A stretch of 57,190 nt of DNA from Roseateles sp. (GTDB lineage Bacteria > Pseudomonadota > Gammaproteobacteria > Burkholderiales > Burkholderiaceae_C). The stretch is from assembly GCA_044357665.1 (NCBI GenBank), contig JBIKPD010000001.1, positions 1 through 57,190 of the forward strand. Reading direction: 5' to 3'. How positions within the stretch are numbered: the first letter of the stretch is position 1; every line of letters starts with the position of its first letter. A program made the translations under genes and the position numbers. Positions 29,389-40,740 of the stretch are shown piece by piece. Below the pieces are notes generated by a model. The model made no database searches. It worked only from the letters and a program-made list of their open reading frames with translations, and had not been told where the DNA came from.

Positions 29389-30522
29389 ATGATCCTCTCA
29401 GAAGAGCACCAAGCCGTTCAGGACGCGATCCGCGCCTATGTCCAGGAACAGATTGCGCCGCAAGCCGCAGCCTGGGACAAGAGCCACCATTTTCCGGCTG
29501 CCGAGCTGAAGGGCCTGGCGGCGTTGGGCTGCTATGGCGTCGCCGTGCCGACCGGCTATGACGGTGCCGGTCTCGATTATCTGGCGCTGAGCATCATCCT
29601 GGAGGAGATCGCCGCCGGCGACGGCGCCACCTCGACGGTGGTCAGCGTCAACAACTGTCCGGTTTGTTCGATCCTGATGGCCTTCGGCAACGAGGACCAA
29701 AAGCAGCAGTTCCTGAAACCGCTGGCGCGCGGCGACATGCTCGGCGCTTTCTGTCTGACCGAGCCCCATGTCGGCTCCGAAGCCGGCGGACTGAAGACGA
29801 CGGCGGTTCGCGATGGCGCTGACTATCTGATCAATGGCGTCAAGCAGTTCATCACCAGCGGCAAGAACGGCGATCTGGCGATCGTCATGGCGGTGACCGA
29901 CAAAGCCGCTGGCAAGAAAGGCATCAGCGCCTTTCTCGTGCCGACGACGACGTCTGGCTACCTGGTCGCGCGGATCGAAGACAAGCTCGGTCAGCATGCC
30001 AGCGACACCGCGCAGATCAACTTTGAAAACTGCCGCGTGCCGGCCGCCAATTTGATCGGCAGCGAAGGTCAGGGCTTGAAGATTGCCTTGTCTGGCCTGG
30101 AGGGCGGGCGCATCGGCATCGCCAGCCAAGCGGTCGGGATGGCGCGAGCGGCATTTGAAGCGGCATTGCAATACAGCAAGGATCGCAGCAGCTTCGGCCA
30201 GCCGATTTTCAAGCACCAGGCGATCCAGTTCAAGCTTGCCGACATGGCCACCCAGATCGAAGCGGCGCGGCAGTTGGTCCACCATGCCGCTTGCCTGAAG
30301 GACGCCGGCCTGCCTTGCCTGAAGGAAGCCGCAATGGCCAAGTTGTTCGCCAGCGAGATGGCCGAAAAAGTCTGTTCAGACGCGATCCAGATCCATGGTG
30401 GCTATGGCTATGTCAGCGACTTCCCCGTCGAGCGAATCTACCGTGATGTGCGCGTCTGCCAGATCTATGAGGGCACGTCCGAGGTGCAGAAGATCCTGAT
30501 CGGGCGCGCTCTGGCAGCTTAG
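29389..30522 (+). CDS. Acyl-CoA dehydrogenase (short/branched chain)
   Basis: [37 protein letters not shown]. Confidence 0.93.
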   Translation: MILSEEHQAVQDAIRAYVQEQIAPQAAAWDKSHHFPAAELKGLAALGCYGVAVPTGYDGAGLDYLALSIILEEIAAGDGATSTVVSVNNCPVCSILMAFGNEDQKQQFLKPLARGDMLGAFCLTEPHVGSEAGGLKTTAVRDGADYLINGVKQFITSGKNGDLAIVMAVTDKAAGKKGISAFLVPTTTSGYLVARIEDKLGQHASDTAQINFENCRVPAANLIGSEGQGLKIALSGLEGGRIGIASQAVGMARAAFEAALQYSKDRSSFGQPIFKHQAIQFKLADMATQIEAARQLVHHAACLKDAGLPCLKEAAMAKLFASEMAEKVCSDAIQIHGGYGYVSDFPVERIYRDVRVCQIYEGTSEVQKILIGRALAA

Positions 30523-30530
30523 GGATGCCC

Positions 30531-32897
30531 TCAGGCCTGGGCTTTCCAGCGCTTCAGCAGCAGCGCGTTGCTGACCACCGAGACGCTTGAAAATGCCATC
30601 GCCGCACCCGCCAGCACCGGGTTCAACAGGCCCAAAGCGGCCAGCGGTATACCGACGATGTTGTAGGCAAAAGCCCAGAACAGGTTCTGCCTGATCTTGG
30701 CGTAGGTGCGGCGCGAGATTGAAATCGCGTCTGCGACCAGCGCCGGATTGCCGCGCATCAAGGTGATGCCGGCTGCCGCCATCGCGACCTCGGTGCCGCT
30801 GGACATCGCCATGCCGACATCGGCTGCAGCCAGCGCCGGCGCGTCGTTGATGCCATCGCCGACCATCGCAACGCGCCGCCCGCCGGCGCGCAACTCGGCG
30901 ACGATGCGGGCCTTGTCGGCCGGCAGCACTTCGGCATGCAACAAATCGATTCCCAGCGCCTTGGCCACGGCGCCGGCGCTGCCGCGGTTATCGCCGCTGA
31001 GCAACGCTGTCTTGAGGCCCATCCGGTGCAGGCGCTCGATTGCTGCGACTGCAGTCGGTTTGATTGCATCGCCGAAGGCCAGCATGCCGACCAGCCGCGG
31101 TGGGTCCTCGAGCGCGGCCAGCCAGGACAGGCTGCGACCTTCAGCCTGCAATGATCCGGCACGCTGCTGCCAGGCCGACAGGTCGATGCCCTGTTCCTGC
31201 ATCAAGCGGCTGCTGCCCAGCAGCAGATTCAGCGCGCGACCTTCGAAATTGACGTTGGCTGTCAGGCCGCGCCCGGGCAAGGCGCGCAGATCCTGCGTCT
31301 GTAGCGGCTGCAATGAGGCGGCCGCAGCGGCCTGGCTCACCGCATGGGCCAGCGGATGTTCGCTGCCGGCTTGCAGGCTGGCTGCCAGCAGCAAGAGCTC
31401 GGGCGCGCCTTCGCAAGCCACCAACTGCGGCCGGCCTTCGGTCAGCGTGCCGGTCTTGTCAAAGGCCACCAGTTCGATGCCGTGCGCCAGTTCCAGCGCC
31501 TGCGCGTCCCTGATCAGGATGCCGTAGCGCGCGGCCACGCCGGTGCCGGCCATGATGGCGGTCGGCGTCGCCAGCCCGAGCGCGCAGGGGCAGGCGATCA
31601 CCAGCACCGAGACGGCGTTGAGCAACGCATGCTCCCAGTCGCCACCCAGCAGTCCCCAAGCGAGCAGCGTCAGCAGCGCCAAGGCCAGCACCACGGGCAC
31701 GAAGATTGCGCTGACCTGATCGACCAGGCGCTGGATCGGCGCCTTGTGGCCTTGCGCGTCTTCGACCATGCGGGCGATGCGTGCCAGCGTCGATTCAGCC
31801 CCGATTGCCGTGCAACGCAGCTTCAGCAAACCTTCGCCATTGACCGCGCCGCCGGTCACCTGGTCACCCGGCGTCTTGGCGACCGGCAGGCTTTCGCCGG
31901 TGATCAGGGATTCATCGGCCTCGCTGCTGCCTTCGAGCACCTGGCCGTCGACCGGGATGCGCTCACCGGGTCGTACCAGCACCAAGTCGCCGAGCTGCAA
32001 CGCGGCGATCGGCAGCAGCAACTGCTGGCCGTCGCGCAGCACCAGCGCATGATCGGGTTGCAGCGCTTGCAGCGCGCGGATCGCCGCCGTGGTCTGGCGC
32101 TTGGCCCGCGCCTCCAGCCATTTCCCCAGCAGCACCAGGGTGATCACGACCGCTGACGACTCGAAATAAAGCGCCATCGCTTGCGGCCCCTGCATCATCA
32201 GTTGGTAGACCGACAAGCCGAAGGCGGCGCTGGTGCCCAGGGCGACCAGCAGATCCATATTGCCGCTGGCGGCACGCAGCGCGGCCCAGCCGGCCTTGTA
32301 GAAGCGTGCGCCGAGCCAGAACTGCACCGGCAAGGTCAGCGCCAGCTGCCAGTAACCGTTCAGCATCCAATGTTTTCCGGCCAGCATTGCCAGCATCGGC
32401 AGCGCCAAGGGGGCCGATAGCAGCGCCGCGATCAGCACCGGCCAGCCGCTGCTCTGCCAGCTTGGTTTGGCTGGCGCTGCGGCCTCGAGGCTGGCCGGAT
32501 AACCCGCTTTTCCCACTGCAGCGATGAGCAGATCCGGCGCGACATTGGAAAGCACCGTGATGCTCGCCGTCTCCGTCGCCAGATTGACTTCGGCGCTGAG
32601 TACACCGTTGACTTTTTTCAGCGCGCGCTCGACCCGGCTGACGCAGGAGGCGCAAGTCATGTCGCTGATTCGCAGCCGCAGCTTTTGCTGCTTCAACTGG
32701 TAGCCGGCCTTTTCGACCGCAGCCTGCAAGGCCGTGAAGCTCGCCGAGCCCTCGACGCTGGCAACTTCGGTGGCCAGATTGACATCGGCCTGGATCACGC
32801 CCGGCACAGCCAGCAAGCGCTTTTCAACCCGCGCAACGCAAGATGCGCAAGTCATGCCGTCAATCGGCAATTTCCAGTGATTGTTCAGTTGGCTCAT
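30531..32897 (-). CDS. copA: Cu(I)-translocating P1B-type ATPase
   Basis: Two MTCASC HMA domains, [24 protein letters not shown] and MxxSS motifs. Confidence 0.93.
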   Translation of the reverse strand: MSQLNNHWKLPIDGMTCASCVARVEKRLLAVPGVIQADVNLATEVASVEGSASFTALQAAVEKAGYQLKQQKLRLRISDMTCASCVSRVERALKKVNGVLSAEVNLATETASITVLSNVAPDLLIAAVGKAGYPASLEAAAPAKPSWQSSGWPVLIAALLSAPLALPMLAMLAGKHWMLNGYWQLALTLPVQFWLGARFYKAGWAALRAASGNMDLLVALGTSAAFGLSVYQLMMQGPQAMALYFESSAVVITLVLLGKWLEARAKRQTTAAIRALQALQPDHALVLRDGQQLLLPIAALQLGDLVLVRPGERIPVDGQVLEGSSEADESLITGESLPVAKTPGDQVTGGAVNGEGLLKLRCTAIGAESTLARIARMVEDAQGHKAPIQRLVDQVSAIFVPVVLALALLTLLAWGLLGGDWEHALLNAVSVLVIACPCALGLATPTAIMAGTGVAARYGILIRDAQALELAHGIELVAFDKTGTLTEGRPQLVACEGAPELLLLAASLQAGSEHPLAHAVSQAAAAASLQPLQTQDLRALPGRGLTANVNFEGRALNLLLGSSRLMQEQGIDLSAWQQRAGSLQAEGRSLSWLAALEDPPRLVGMLAFGDAIKPTAVAAIERLHRMGLKTALLSGDNRGSAGAVAKALGIDLLHAEVLPADKARIVAELRAGGRRVAMVGDGINDAPALAAADVGMAMSSGTEVAMAAAGITLMRGNPALVADAISISRRTYAKIRQNLFWAFAYNIVGIPLAALGLLNPVLAGAAMAFSSVSVVSNALLLKRWKAQA

Positions 32898-32968
32898 CTG
32901 CCTAGTGTCAACCATCGAGCGACCTGATGCGGTTAAGCTGGCGCAAAGCTGCTCAGGAGCGACAAGCA

Positions 32969-33169
32969 ATGAACGAATTCAAATTCAATCTGCCCGACAT
33001 GACTTGCGGGCATTGCGCCGCAACGGTGACCAAGACGCTGCTCGCGCTCGACTCGGAAGCCCAAGTCCATATCGACCGCCCGGCCCGACAGGTGCAAGTC
33101 AGTACCAGCGCGGAGCGCGAAGCGCTGGTGGCGGCTTTGAGTGAAGAGGGTTTCCCGCCCGCGGATTGA
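32969..33169 (+). CDS. copZ: Heavy-metal-associated chaperone (CopZ-like)
   Basis: MTCGHC motif, 66 aa, divergent from copA, AGGAG upstream. Confidence 0.85.
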   Translation: MNEFKFNLPDMTCGHCAATVTKTLLALDSEAQVHIDRPARQVQVSTSAEREALVAALSEEGFPPAD

Positions 33170-33202
33170 ACCTCCGGGCCGGTGGCCCGAAGGTTCAAGC
33201 GC

Positions 33203-35344
33203 TCAGGCGCGCGCCAGCGCCCCGCTGTCGATCGGCAAACTCCGCAAGCGCACGCCAGTGGCTGCGAAGATCGCGTTGGTGACGGCCGGCGCGATCGGTG
33301 GTGTGCCGGGCTCGCCGATGCCTCCGGGCGCTTCCAGGCTGGGCAGGATATGTACTTCGACTTTGGGCATCTCGTTCATGCGTACGACCGGGTAGTCGTG
33401 GAAGTTGCCCTGTTCAACGCGGCCATCCTTGTAGCTGACCTTGCCGTAAAGCGCGGCTGACAGGCCGAAACAGATTGCCCCTTCGATCTGGCGCGCGATC
33501 GTCAGCGGGTTGACCGTCATGCCGCAGTCGACCGCGGCGGTGACGCGGTGTACGCGGAGTTTGCCATCCTTGGCGACCGAGACTTCGGCCACCTGGGCGA
33601 CATAGCTGCCGAAACTCTCGGCCACCGCGATGCCGCGCTTGATGCCGGCCGGCAGCGGCTTGCCCCAGCCGGCTTTGGCCGCCGCCGCCACCAGCACCGC
33701 CCGGTGACGCGGTTTCTTGCTCAGCATTGCCAAGCGGAACTGCAGCGGGTCGGCCTTGGCTGCATGGGCCAACTCGTCGATGAAGCTTTCGATGAAGAAG
33801 GTATTTTGCGAGCTGCCGACCGAACGCCAGAACCAGACCTGCGGGCCGGGTTCGGCGCGGCCATAGGCAATGCGCTGATTCGGGATGTCATAGGGATGGT
33901 CGGCCAGACCTTCTACAGCCATCGCGTCAACACCGCTTGCGGGAAGCGCCATGAAGCCGCTGCCAGCCATGATCGACGGGGCAGCCACATTGGCGCTGAG
34001 CAGCGTGGCCTGGCCCTTGGCGTCGAGCGCCGCGTTGAACTGCACCAGCGCTGCCGGGCGGTAATAGCCGGCTGCCATGTCGTCTTCACGGGTGTAGATC
34101 AGCTTGACCGGGCTGCCGCTGAGCTTGGACAGCAGCGTCGCGTCGATCGTGAAGTCAGGCGCAAAGCGACGCCCAAAGCCGCCGCCGAGCAGCATCGTGT
34201 TGACCTTGACCTTGGCCGGCGTGACCTGCGCCACCTGGCTCAGAATGCCTTGCGCCGGACCCTGACTTTGCGTGCCGGCCCAGATCGTCACGTTGTCACC
34301 CTGGACCCAAGCCAGGCAGTTCATCGGTTCCATGCAGGCATGGGCCAGATAGGGCACTTCATAGCTGGCGCTGAGTCGCTGCGCTGCATCGGCCACAGCC
34401 GTCTCACCTTGCTTGAAGGCGATTGCGCCGCTGCTGCCAGCGGCTTGGGTGGCGGCCTCTGTCAGCATCGTGGTGACCTTGGCGCTCGACAGCAAAGCTG
34501 GGCCGAGATCCCATTCCACCGCCAGCGCGTCGCGACCCGTCTTGGCGGCCCAGAAACCATCGGCCAGTACTGCCACGCCGTTCGGAATCGCGATGATTTT
34601 CTGCACGCCCTTGATTGCCCTGGCCGCAGCCTCGTCCATCGACTTGAGCTTGGCCTGGGGCGAAGGCGCGCGCGCCATCACGGCCACCAGCATGCCGTCG
34701 ATACGGGCATCGATGCCGAACATCGCGCTGCCGTTGACCTTGGCCGGAGTGTCCAGACGACGGGTCGGCTTGCCTAGAATCCTGAAGTCCTTCGGTGCCT
34801 TCAGCACCGGCTTGGCCGGCAGCGCCAACTGGCTGGCTGCGGCGACCAGGGCGCCATAGCTGAGCTTTCTGCCATCGGGTGCAATCACCTGGCTGCGCTC
34901 GGTGCGCAGTTGCGCGGCAGGCAGTTGCCATTGGGCAGCGGCAGCGGCGACGAGCATTTCGCGAGCTGCCGCGCCTGCTTCACGCAAGGGTGTCCAGAAG
35001 GCCCTGATGGTGGTGCTGCCGCCGGTCGCCTGCATGCCGAACATCGGGTTGTTATAGGCTGCATCGGCCGGTGCTTGCTCGACCGTGACCAGTTTCCAGT
35101 CGGCATCGAGTTCTTCGGCCACCAGCATCGGCAGCGCCGTCAGCACGCCCTGGCCCATCTCGGCCGACCCACTGATGACTGTGATGCGGTTGTCGGGCGT
35201 GATGCGCAGCCAGGCGTTCGGCGCGAAGGTATTGGTCTGGGCCTGTGCGCGCTTGAGTGACAGCGGCAAGGCAAAGCCGATCAGCAGTGCCGAACCGGCA
35301 CTGGTCTTCAAGAAATTGCGGCGGGTGGCTTGCAAGCTATCCAT
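33203..35344 (-). CDS. Xanthine-dehydrogenase-family molybdopterin subunit (IorB-like), Tat-exported
   Basis: RRNFLK leader, EMGQG, TGGS, HACMEP, LGGGFGRR, GGIGEPG. Confidence 0.92.
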   Translation of the reverse strand: MDSLQATRRNFLKTSAGSALLIGFALPLSLKRAQAQTNTFAPNAWLRITPDNRITVISGSAEMGQGVLTALPMLVAEELDADWKLVTVEQAPADAAYNNPMFGMQATGGSTTIRAFWTPLREAGAAAREMLVAAAAAQWQLPAAQLRTERSQVIAPDGRKLSYGALVAAASQLALPAKPVLKAPKDFRILGKPTRRLDTPAKVNGSAMFGIDARIDGMLVAVMARAPSPQAKLKSMDEAAARAIKGVQKIIAIPNGVAVLADGFWAAKTGRDALAVEWDLGPALLSSAKVTTMLTEAATQAAGSSGAIAFKQGETAVADAAQRLSASYEVPYLAHACMEPMNCLAWVQGDNVTIWAGTQSQGPAQGILSQVAQVTPAKVKVNTMLLGGGFGRRFAPDFTIDATLLSKLSGSPVKLIYTREDDMAAGYYRPAALVQFNAALDAKGQATLLSANVAAPSIMAGSGFMALPASGVDAMAVEGLADHPYDIPNQRIAYGRAEPGPQVWFWRSVGSSQNTFFIESFIDELAHAAKADPLQFRLAMLSKKPRHRAVLVAAAAKAGWGKPLPAGIKRGIAVAESFGSYVAQVAEVSVAKDGKLRVHRVTAAVDCGMTVNPLTIARQIEGAICFGLSAALYGKVSYKDGRVEQGNFHDYPVVRMNEMPKVEVHILPSLEAPGGIGEPGTPPIAPAVTNAIFAATGVRLRSLPIDSGALARA

Positions 35345-35345
35345 C

Positions 35346-35822
<477 letters not shown>

Positions 35823-35972
35823 GGGCTTCCTTGAATGGGGTTGAAAAATTGATGGCTTTTGGCCTTGATTTGGCAAGATCGTAAGTCAGCTGAAATTTTT
35901 TCGCCGTATCTGCTTAGCCATGCGTCGGGTTGGCGGGGGTATTAGATGGCGTTCTGCACTGATAATGTGGCG

Positions 35973-36345
35973 GTGAAGCAAGCCAGACCGCCGCTGGTGC
36001 AAGCATGGAAACATGGCACTGGAGGAAGGTCCGGACTGCATAGAGCGGCGTAGCAGTTAACGGCTGTCCGGCGTGAGCCGAGGATCAGAGCAACAGAGAC
36101 GAGTCGATCGAACGTGCAAGGCGCAAGCTTTGCGGGACTGATGGCGCAGCCACCAGGGTCGGGTGAAACGGGCAATCTCTACGCGCAGCAACACCAAGTA
36201 GGCCAGTATTGATGCGGCTCGCAGAGCTGGCGGGTAGGTGGCACCGAGCCGGGCAGTGATGCCCGGCCAAGAGGAATGGCGGTCACAGGGTTGGCGTCGC
36301 AAGACGCGAGCCCTGCACAGAATCCGGCCTATCGGCTTGCTTCAC
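35973..36345 (+). ncRNA. rnpB: RNase P RNA, class A
   Basis: P1 ends GTGAAGCAAGCC/GGCTTGCTTCAC, GAGGAAGGTCCGG, GGGTGAAACGGG, ACAGAATCCGGCCTAT; GATAAT -10-like box at 35961. Confidence 0.97.
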
Positions 36346-36354
36346 ACTAAATTT

Positions 36355-37326
36355 TCAAGCCATCAGCAAGGCCTCGATCGTCTGCTGCACGGCCAATGCC
36401 TCGGCATAGCCGGGCAGGCAGTGCGGCCGACCTTCGATCAGCGCGACCCATTGGTCCATTTGGTCGGAATGTGCGGCTTGGCGCAGGTCACCGCTGAAGC
36501 CTTCTGGCTTGCTGCCACCGCGCTGCTCGATCTGGCTGAACCATTGGCCCAGTTCGATCTCACCGTTGGCAGCGCGCCACCGCATCAGGTTATGGTCGGC
36601 CAACTCGCCGCCGATCCGGCTTGAAATTTGCACCGTGACAGCGCCGATTTGCAGCAAGGCTTGCAAGTCAGTTTCGGCGCTGTGGCCGTCCGTCGGGTAG
36701 CTGGCCAGGCTGTGTTTTACGACGGCAGGTCCGAGTACGCGCTGCAGCGCGAAGATGAAATGCGACAGCACTTCGCGGGTGAAGCCACCTTCGATGCGCT
36801 CGCTCAGCCAGGCGCCAGCGGCAGCCTGCCAGGGCCTCGGCCAAGCCGCAAACGCCAGTTCCAGGCGGACTTCGCTTAAAGCGCCCAGCGGCAGGTTTGA
36901 GTTGCTGCCAAAAGCCGCTTGTAGTTGTGCTAAGCCCGGTGCCGAGGCCAGCGCGAAGTTGACCGCGGCGCGAAGATTTTCCCGCTCGATACGGGCGATG
37001 CAGGCGCTTGCGGCGACGAAGTCGACGGTCAAGGGTTTTTCGCAGAACACCGCCAAGCCCGCGTCGAATGCGAGCTCCGACAAGGCCATATGTGGTGCTG
37101 GCGGCGTGGCGATATAAAGGCTGTGCAGACCCGCCGTGGCGATTAGGTCGGCAGCGCTGCCGGCAGCGCGCAAGTCCGGCCAGGTTTGCAAGGTCTTCGC
37201 AATCGCGGCCGGATCGGCGTCCCAGACCGCGACAGCCTGCAAGCGTCGATGGGCAGCCAATCTTGCCAGCATGCGCTGACCCATCACGCCCAGACCGACC
37301 ACTCCGACATTCAATTGCTCACCCAT
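36355..37326 (-). CDS. Gfo/Idh/MocA-family oxidoreductase
   Basis: VGVVGLGVMG, YIATPP..H, VFCEKP. Confidence 0.88.
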   Translation of the reverse strand: MGEQLNVGVVGLGVMGQRMLARLAAHRRLQAVAVWDADPAAIAKTLQTWPDLRAAGSAADLIATAGLHSLYIATPPAPHMALSELAFDAGLAVFCEKPLTVDFVAASACIARIERENLRAAVNFALASAPGLAQLQAAFGSNSNLPLGALSEVRLELAFAAWPRPWQAAAGAWLSERIEGGFTREVLSHFIFALQRVLGPAVVKHSLASYPTDGHSAETDLQALLQIGAVTVQISSRIGGELADHNLMRWRAANGEIELGQWFSQIEQRGGSKPEGFSGDLRQAAHSDQMDQWVALIEGRPHCLPGYAEALAVQQTIEALLMA

Positions 37327-37429
37327 GCAGCCCCCGGTTGAAACACGCAGTTTAGGCGCGGCCGCTACACTTTCGCTCGCCCAAGAGGCCCGGCAGCTTC
37401 GCCGGGTGCAGCAGACCCTGATCCCGACG

Positions 37430-38635
37430 ATGAATCCTGAAGCCAGCAAGTTGTGGCGCGCACCGCGCTGGGCCTTGGCCGTTTTGCTGGCCTGTCTGGG
37501 CATGCTGGGGCCTTTTTCGATTGACACTTTTTTGCCAGCTTTTTCCGGCATCGCCGCAGCGCTTGACGCGACGCCGGTGCAGATGCAACAGACGCTGTCG
37601 AGCTATCTGCTCGGCTTTGCGGTGATGAACCTGTTTCACGGGGCGCTGTCCGACAGCTTCGGGCGCCGCCCTGTCGTGCTGTGGGGCATGGCGGCGTTCA
37701 GCCTTGCTTCACTGGGCTGCGCGCTCGCCGGCAGCATCGGTCAACTGGTGTTCTGGCGCACCGTGCAGGGCATGTCGGCAGGGGCGGGCATCGTGGTGTC
37801 GCGCGCCATCATCCGCGACATGTACGACCCCTCTGAAGCGCAGCGGGTGATGTCGCAGGTGACGATTTTCTTCGGTATTGCGCCGGCCGTCGCACCGATG
37901 GTTGGCGGCTTCTTGTTCGTTCATGCCAACTGGCATTCGATCTTCTGGTTCCTGATGCTGGTGGGTATCGCCTTGTTTGTCGCCAACTGGCGGCTGCTGC
38001 CCGAAACCCTGCACAAGGATTCGGTCCAGCCCTTCAATTTGCGCCATTTGATGCGAGGCTACCGCCGCCTGCTCGGCAGCCGCCGTTTCGTCCCCTTGGC
38101 CCTGGCCAGTGGTGTTCCATTCAATGGCCTGTTTCTCTATGTGCTGGCGGCACCGGTCTTTGTCGGCGAACACCTGCAATTGGCGCCGACGCAGTTTTTC
38201 TGGTTTTTCTGCTGTTCGATCAGCGGCATCATGGGTGGCGCCTTTTTGAGCGGTCGCCTGGCCGGCAAAATCAAGCCGAAGCGCCAGATCCGTTATGGCT
38301 TCACCATCATGCTGCTGGTGTCGATCCTGAATGTCGGTTTGAATTATTTGCTGCCGCCAAGCCCGTTCTGGGCCTTGCCGGTGATTTCGGCCTTTGCCTT
38401 CGGCTGGTCACTGATGGTGCCGGTCGTGACGCTGATGGCGCTGGACGAGGCGCCACTGCGGCGCGGCATGGCGTCTTCCTTGCAATCCTGCATTGGCAGC
38501 GCGGCCAATGCCTTTGTTGCCGGCGTGATCGTTCCGTTGGTGATGCATTCGACCCTGGCCTTGGCCTGGACTTCGCTGGGCATGATGTGCATCGGCCTGA
38601 TTGCCTGGCTGTGGGTCAAGCGTGAGATGGCCTAA
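37430..38635 (+). CDS. Bcr/CflA-family multidrug MFS transporter
   Basis: PFSIDTFLPAF, GALSDSFGRRPV, SRAIIRD, about 12 TM segments. Confidence 0.93.
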   Translation: MNPEASKLWRAPRWALAVLLACLGMLGPFSIDTFLPAFSGIAAALDATPVQMQQTLSSYLLGFAVMNLFHGALSDSFGRRPVVLWGMAAFSLASLGCALAGSIGQLVFWRTVQGMSAGAGIVVSRAIIRDMYDPSEAQRVMSQVTIFFGIAPAVAPMVGGFLFVHANWHSIFWFLMLVGIALFVANWRLLPETLHKDSVQPFNLRHLMRGYRRLLGSRRFVPLALASGVPFNGLFLYVLAAPVFVGEHLQLAPTQFFWFFCCSISGIMGGAFLSGRLAGKIKPKRQIRYGFTIMLLVSILNVGLNYLLPPSPFWALPVISAFAFGWSLMVPVVTLMALDEAPLRRGMASSLQSCIGSAANAFVAGVIVPLVMHSTLALAWTSLGMMCIGLIAWLWVKREMA

Positions 38636-38797
38636 GGATGCTCTGCATAACCCCTCACGGCTTGTGCTAATGCGGCCTCGGGCGGTCTGCGGCGTTGCAT
38701 TTATTGCCAATAGCACGCGCTATTGGCTGCAAAATGCGCCTTGCATCTCATCCCGATCCGCACCGCACCCGCTCGCGTTGAGTTATGCAGAGCATCC
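38636..38797. mobile_element. MITE-like element (162 bp) inserted at the MFS stop codon
   Basis: Perfect TIR GGATGCTCTGCATAAC/GTTATGCAGAGCATCC, TAA on both sides (38633-35, 38798-800), central hairpin GCCAATAGC-acgc-GCTATTGGC, no coding capacity. Confidence 0.85.
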
Positions 38798-38983
38798 TAA
38801 GCGGCGAGGTCGATCGACATGAGTTGGCCCGGGCAAGCTCATCTTCCACTTGCAGACCACATTGCAAGTCCTTATTTTAGAACGATATATACCTTCCTCG
38901 ACGCTCGAAGGTATGAATCTAAGTGCTTGATTTCATTGAGTTTCTTGCGATTTTTCTTGACCTGGATCGGTTCCGTGATTAAA

Positions 38984-39018
38984 GTGGTGAAAAGTGCACT
39001 TTAGTGGGTTGTTGTGGC
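38984..39018 (+). promoter_or_regulatory. MraZ-binding direct repeats
   Basis: GTGGT, GTGCA, GTGGG and GTGGC at 38984, 38994, 39004 and 39014 (10-bp period) just upstream of mraZ. Confidence 0.8.
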
Positions 39019-39025
39019 GGAATAT

Positions 39026-39454
39026 GTGTTTCAGGGGGCTTCTGCCTTGGCGATGGATGCCAAGGGGCGTCTGGCCGTTCCGACACGCCACCGTGACCTG
39101 CTGCAGGGCCTGTGCTCAGGGCAATTGACGGTGACCAAGCACCCGGAAGGCTGCTTGATGTTGTTCCCCCGCCCGTCATGGGAAAACTTTCGTGACCGCA
39201 TTGCGGCTTTGCCGATGTCGGCTTCCGGATGGAAGCGGATCTTTCTGGGCAATGCGATCGACGTCGAGATCGACGCTTCAGGTCGCGTCTTGATCGCGCC
39301 CGAATTGCGCAATGCCGCAGGTCTGCAAAAAGACGTGATGCTGCTCGGCATGGGCAGTCATTTCGAGCTCTGGGATGCAGCAGCCTATGCCTTGCATGAG
39401 GCGCAGGTGATGCAGTCCGAGCTGCCTGCGGCTCTCAAGGATTTCAGTTTCTGA
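39026..39454 (+). CDS. mraZ: dcw cluster transcriptional repressor
   Basis: [14 protein letters not shown] and DASGRVLI (two DxxGR repeats); GTG start assumed. Confidence 0.96.
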   Translation: MFQGASALAMDAKGRLAVPTRHRDLLQGLCSGQLTVTKHPEGCLMLFPRPSWENFRDRIAALPMSASGWKRIFLGNAIDVEIDASGRVLIAPELRNAAGLQKDVMLLGMGSHFELWDAAAYALHEAQVMQSELPAALKDFSF

Positions 39455-40446
39455 TGGACCTGCCGCCTGCTGTCGCGCCGCAGTTGCTGCACACCACCGT
39501 GCTGCTGGAGGAGGCTGTCGAAGCCTTGCTGACCAGGCCTGATGCGGTCTATGTGGACGGCACCTTCGGCCGTGGCGGGCATTCGCGTTTGTTGCTCGAA
39601 AAAATGGCCCCCGAAGGGCGGTTGGTGGCGATAGACCGCGACCTCGATGCCATCGTTGCGGCCACCGAGGGCGATGCCAAGATCACCGATCCACGGTTTT
39701 CGATTGTCCATTCGCCATTCGCCGAGATGAAGTCCCGCCTGGCCAGGCTTGGCATCAAGCAGGTGCAGGGCGTGTTGCTGGATCTGGGTGTTTCGAGCCC
39801 GCAGATCGACAACCCGGAGCGCGGTTTCAGTTTTCGATTCAGCGCACCGCTGGACATGCGCATGGATCGCAGTCGTGGCGAGAGCGCTGCAGATTTTCTG
39901 GCGCGTGCCGATGAGCGCCAAATTGCCGAGGTGATCAAGGACTATGGAGAAGAACGGTTTGCTGTTCAGATTGCAAAAGCGCTTGTTGCTCGCCGCGCAG
40001 AGGGGAAGCCGGTACGAAGCACGGACGAGCTCTCCGACCTCGTGGCTCGTGCGGTCAAGACCCGGGAGCCGGGCCAGAACCCCGCAACGCGCACATTTCA
40101 AGCTCTTCGGATTCACGTCAATGCCGAACTTGAAGAACTCGAGCAGGGACTGAGCGCCGCATTGAACCTGCTGGCGCCGGGTGGGCGCATGGCGATCATC
40201 AGCTTTCATTCGCTGGAAGACCGCATCGTCAAGACTTTCATCACGGCGCACAGCAAACAGCTGGTCGACCGGCGCGCCTTGTTTGCCGAGCCCAAGCCGC
40301 TGGCGCTGCGCGCTGTGGCGCGAATCAAACCCAGTGACGCCGAGGTACGGGCCAATCCGCGTTCGCGCTCGGCGATTCTGCGTGTGGCCGAGCGCACCGA
40401 AGCGCCGTTGCCGCTCGAGCATCAAAAACGTCGACGGGCGGAATGA
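39454..40446 (+). CDS. rsmH: 16S rRNA m4C1402 methyltransferase
   Basis: [39 protein letters not shown]. Confidence 0.97.
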   Translation: MDLPPAVAPQLLHTTVLLEEAVEALLTRPDAVYVDGTFGRGGHSRLLLEKMAPEGRLVAIDRDLDAIVAATEGDAKITDPRFSIVHSPFAEMKSRLARLGIKQVQGVLLDLGVSSPQIDNPERGFSFRFSAPLDMRMDRSRGESAADFLARADERQIAEVIKDYGEERFAVQIAKALVARRAEGKPVRSTDELSDLVARAVKTREPGQNPATRTFQALRIHVNAELEELEQGLSAALNLLAPGGRMAIISFHSLEDRIVKTFITAHSKQLVDRRALFAEPKPLALRAVARIKPSDAEVRANPRSRSAILRVAERTEAPLPLEHQKRRRAE

Positions 40447-40449
40447 GCG

Positions 40450-40740
40450 ATGGCGCGCCTGAACATGCTGTTGTTGTTCCTCGTGCTGGGCAGCGGACTG
40501 TTGCTGGTCCGCAATGCCTATGAGGCGCGCCGGCTGTTCACCGCGCTCGACCGTGCCCATACCGAGGCGCAGCGCCTGGAGGCAGACAGCCAGCGCTTGC
40601 AAGCCGAACGCCACGCTCAGGCGACCAATATCCGGGTCGAGCAAGTGGCGCGTCAGCGTCTGCAGATGAAAACCATCACACCGGCTCTGCGACAGACTGC
40701 GCAAGACCACGCAGCTTCAGCCCCGGGAGCCAAGCGATGA
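40450..40740 (+). CDS. ftsL: Cell division protein
   Basis: TM plus coiled coil, RVEQVARQRLQM; position between rsmH and ftsI. Confidence 0.92.
   Translation: MARLNMLLLFLVLGSGLLLVRNAYEARRLFTALDRAHTEAQRLEADSQRLQAERHAQATNIRVEQVARQRLQMKTITPALRQTAQDHAASAPGAKR

Noticed and set aside
32898-32968. CueR operator between copA and copZ
   Set aside because: No ACCTT-N-AAGGT type dyad is visible and there is no cueR gene in the window.
36021-36335. Non-canonical GAGGAAGGUCC in RNase P RNA
   Set aside because: Compensated by GGCCUA in the partner P4 strand, so a normal covariant rather than a defect.
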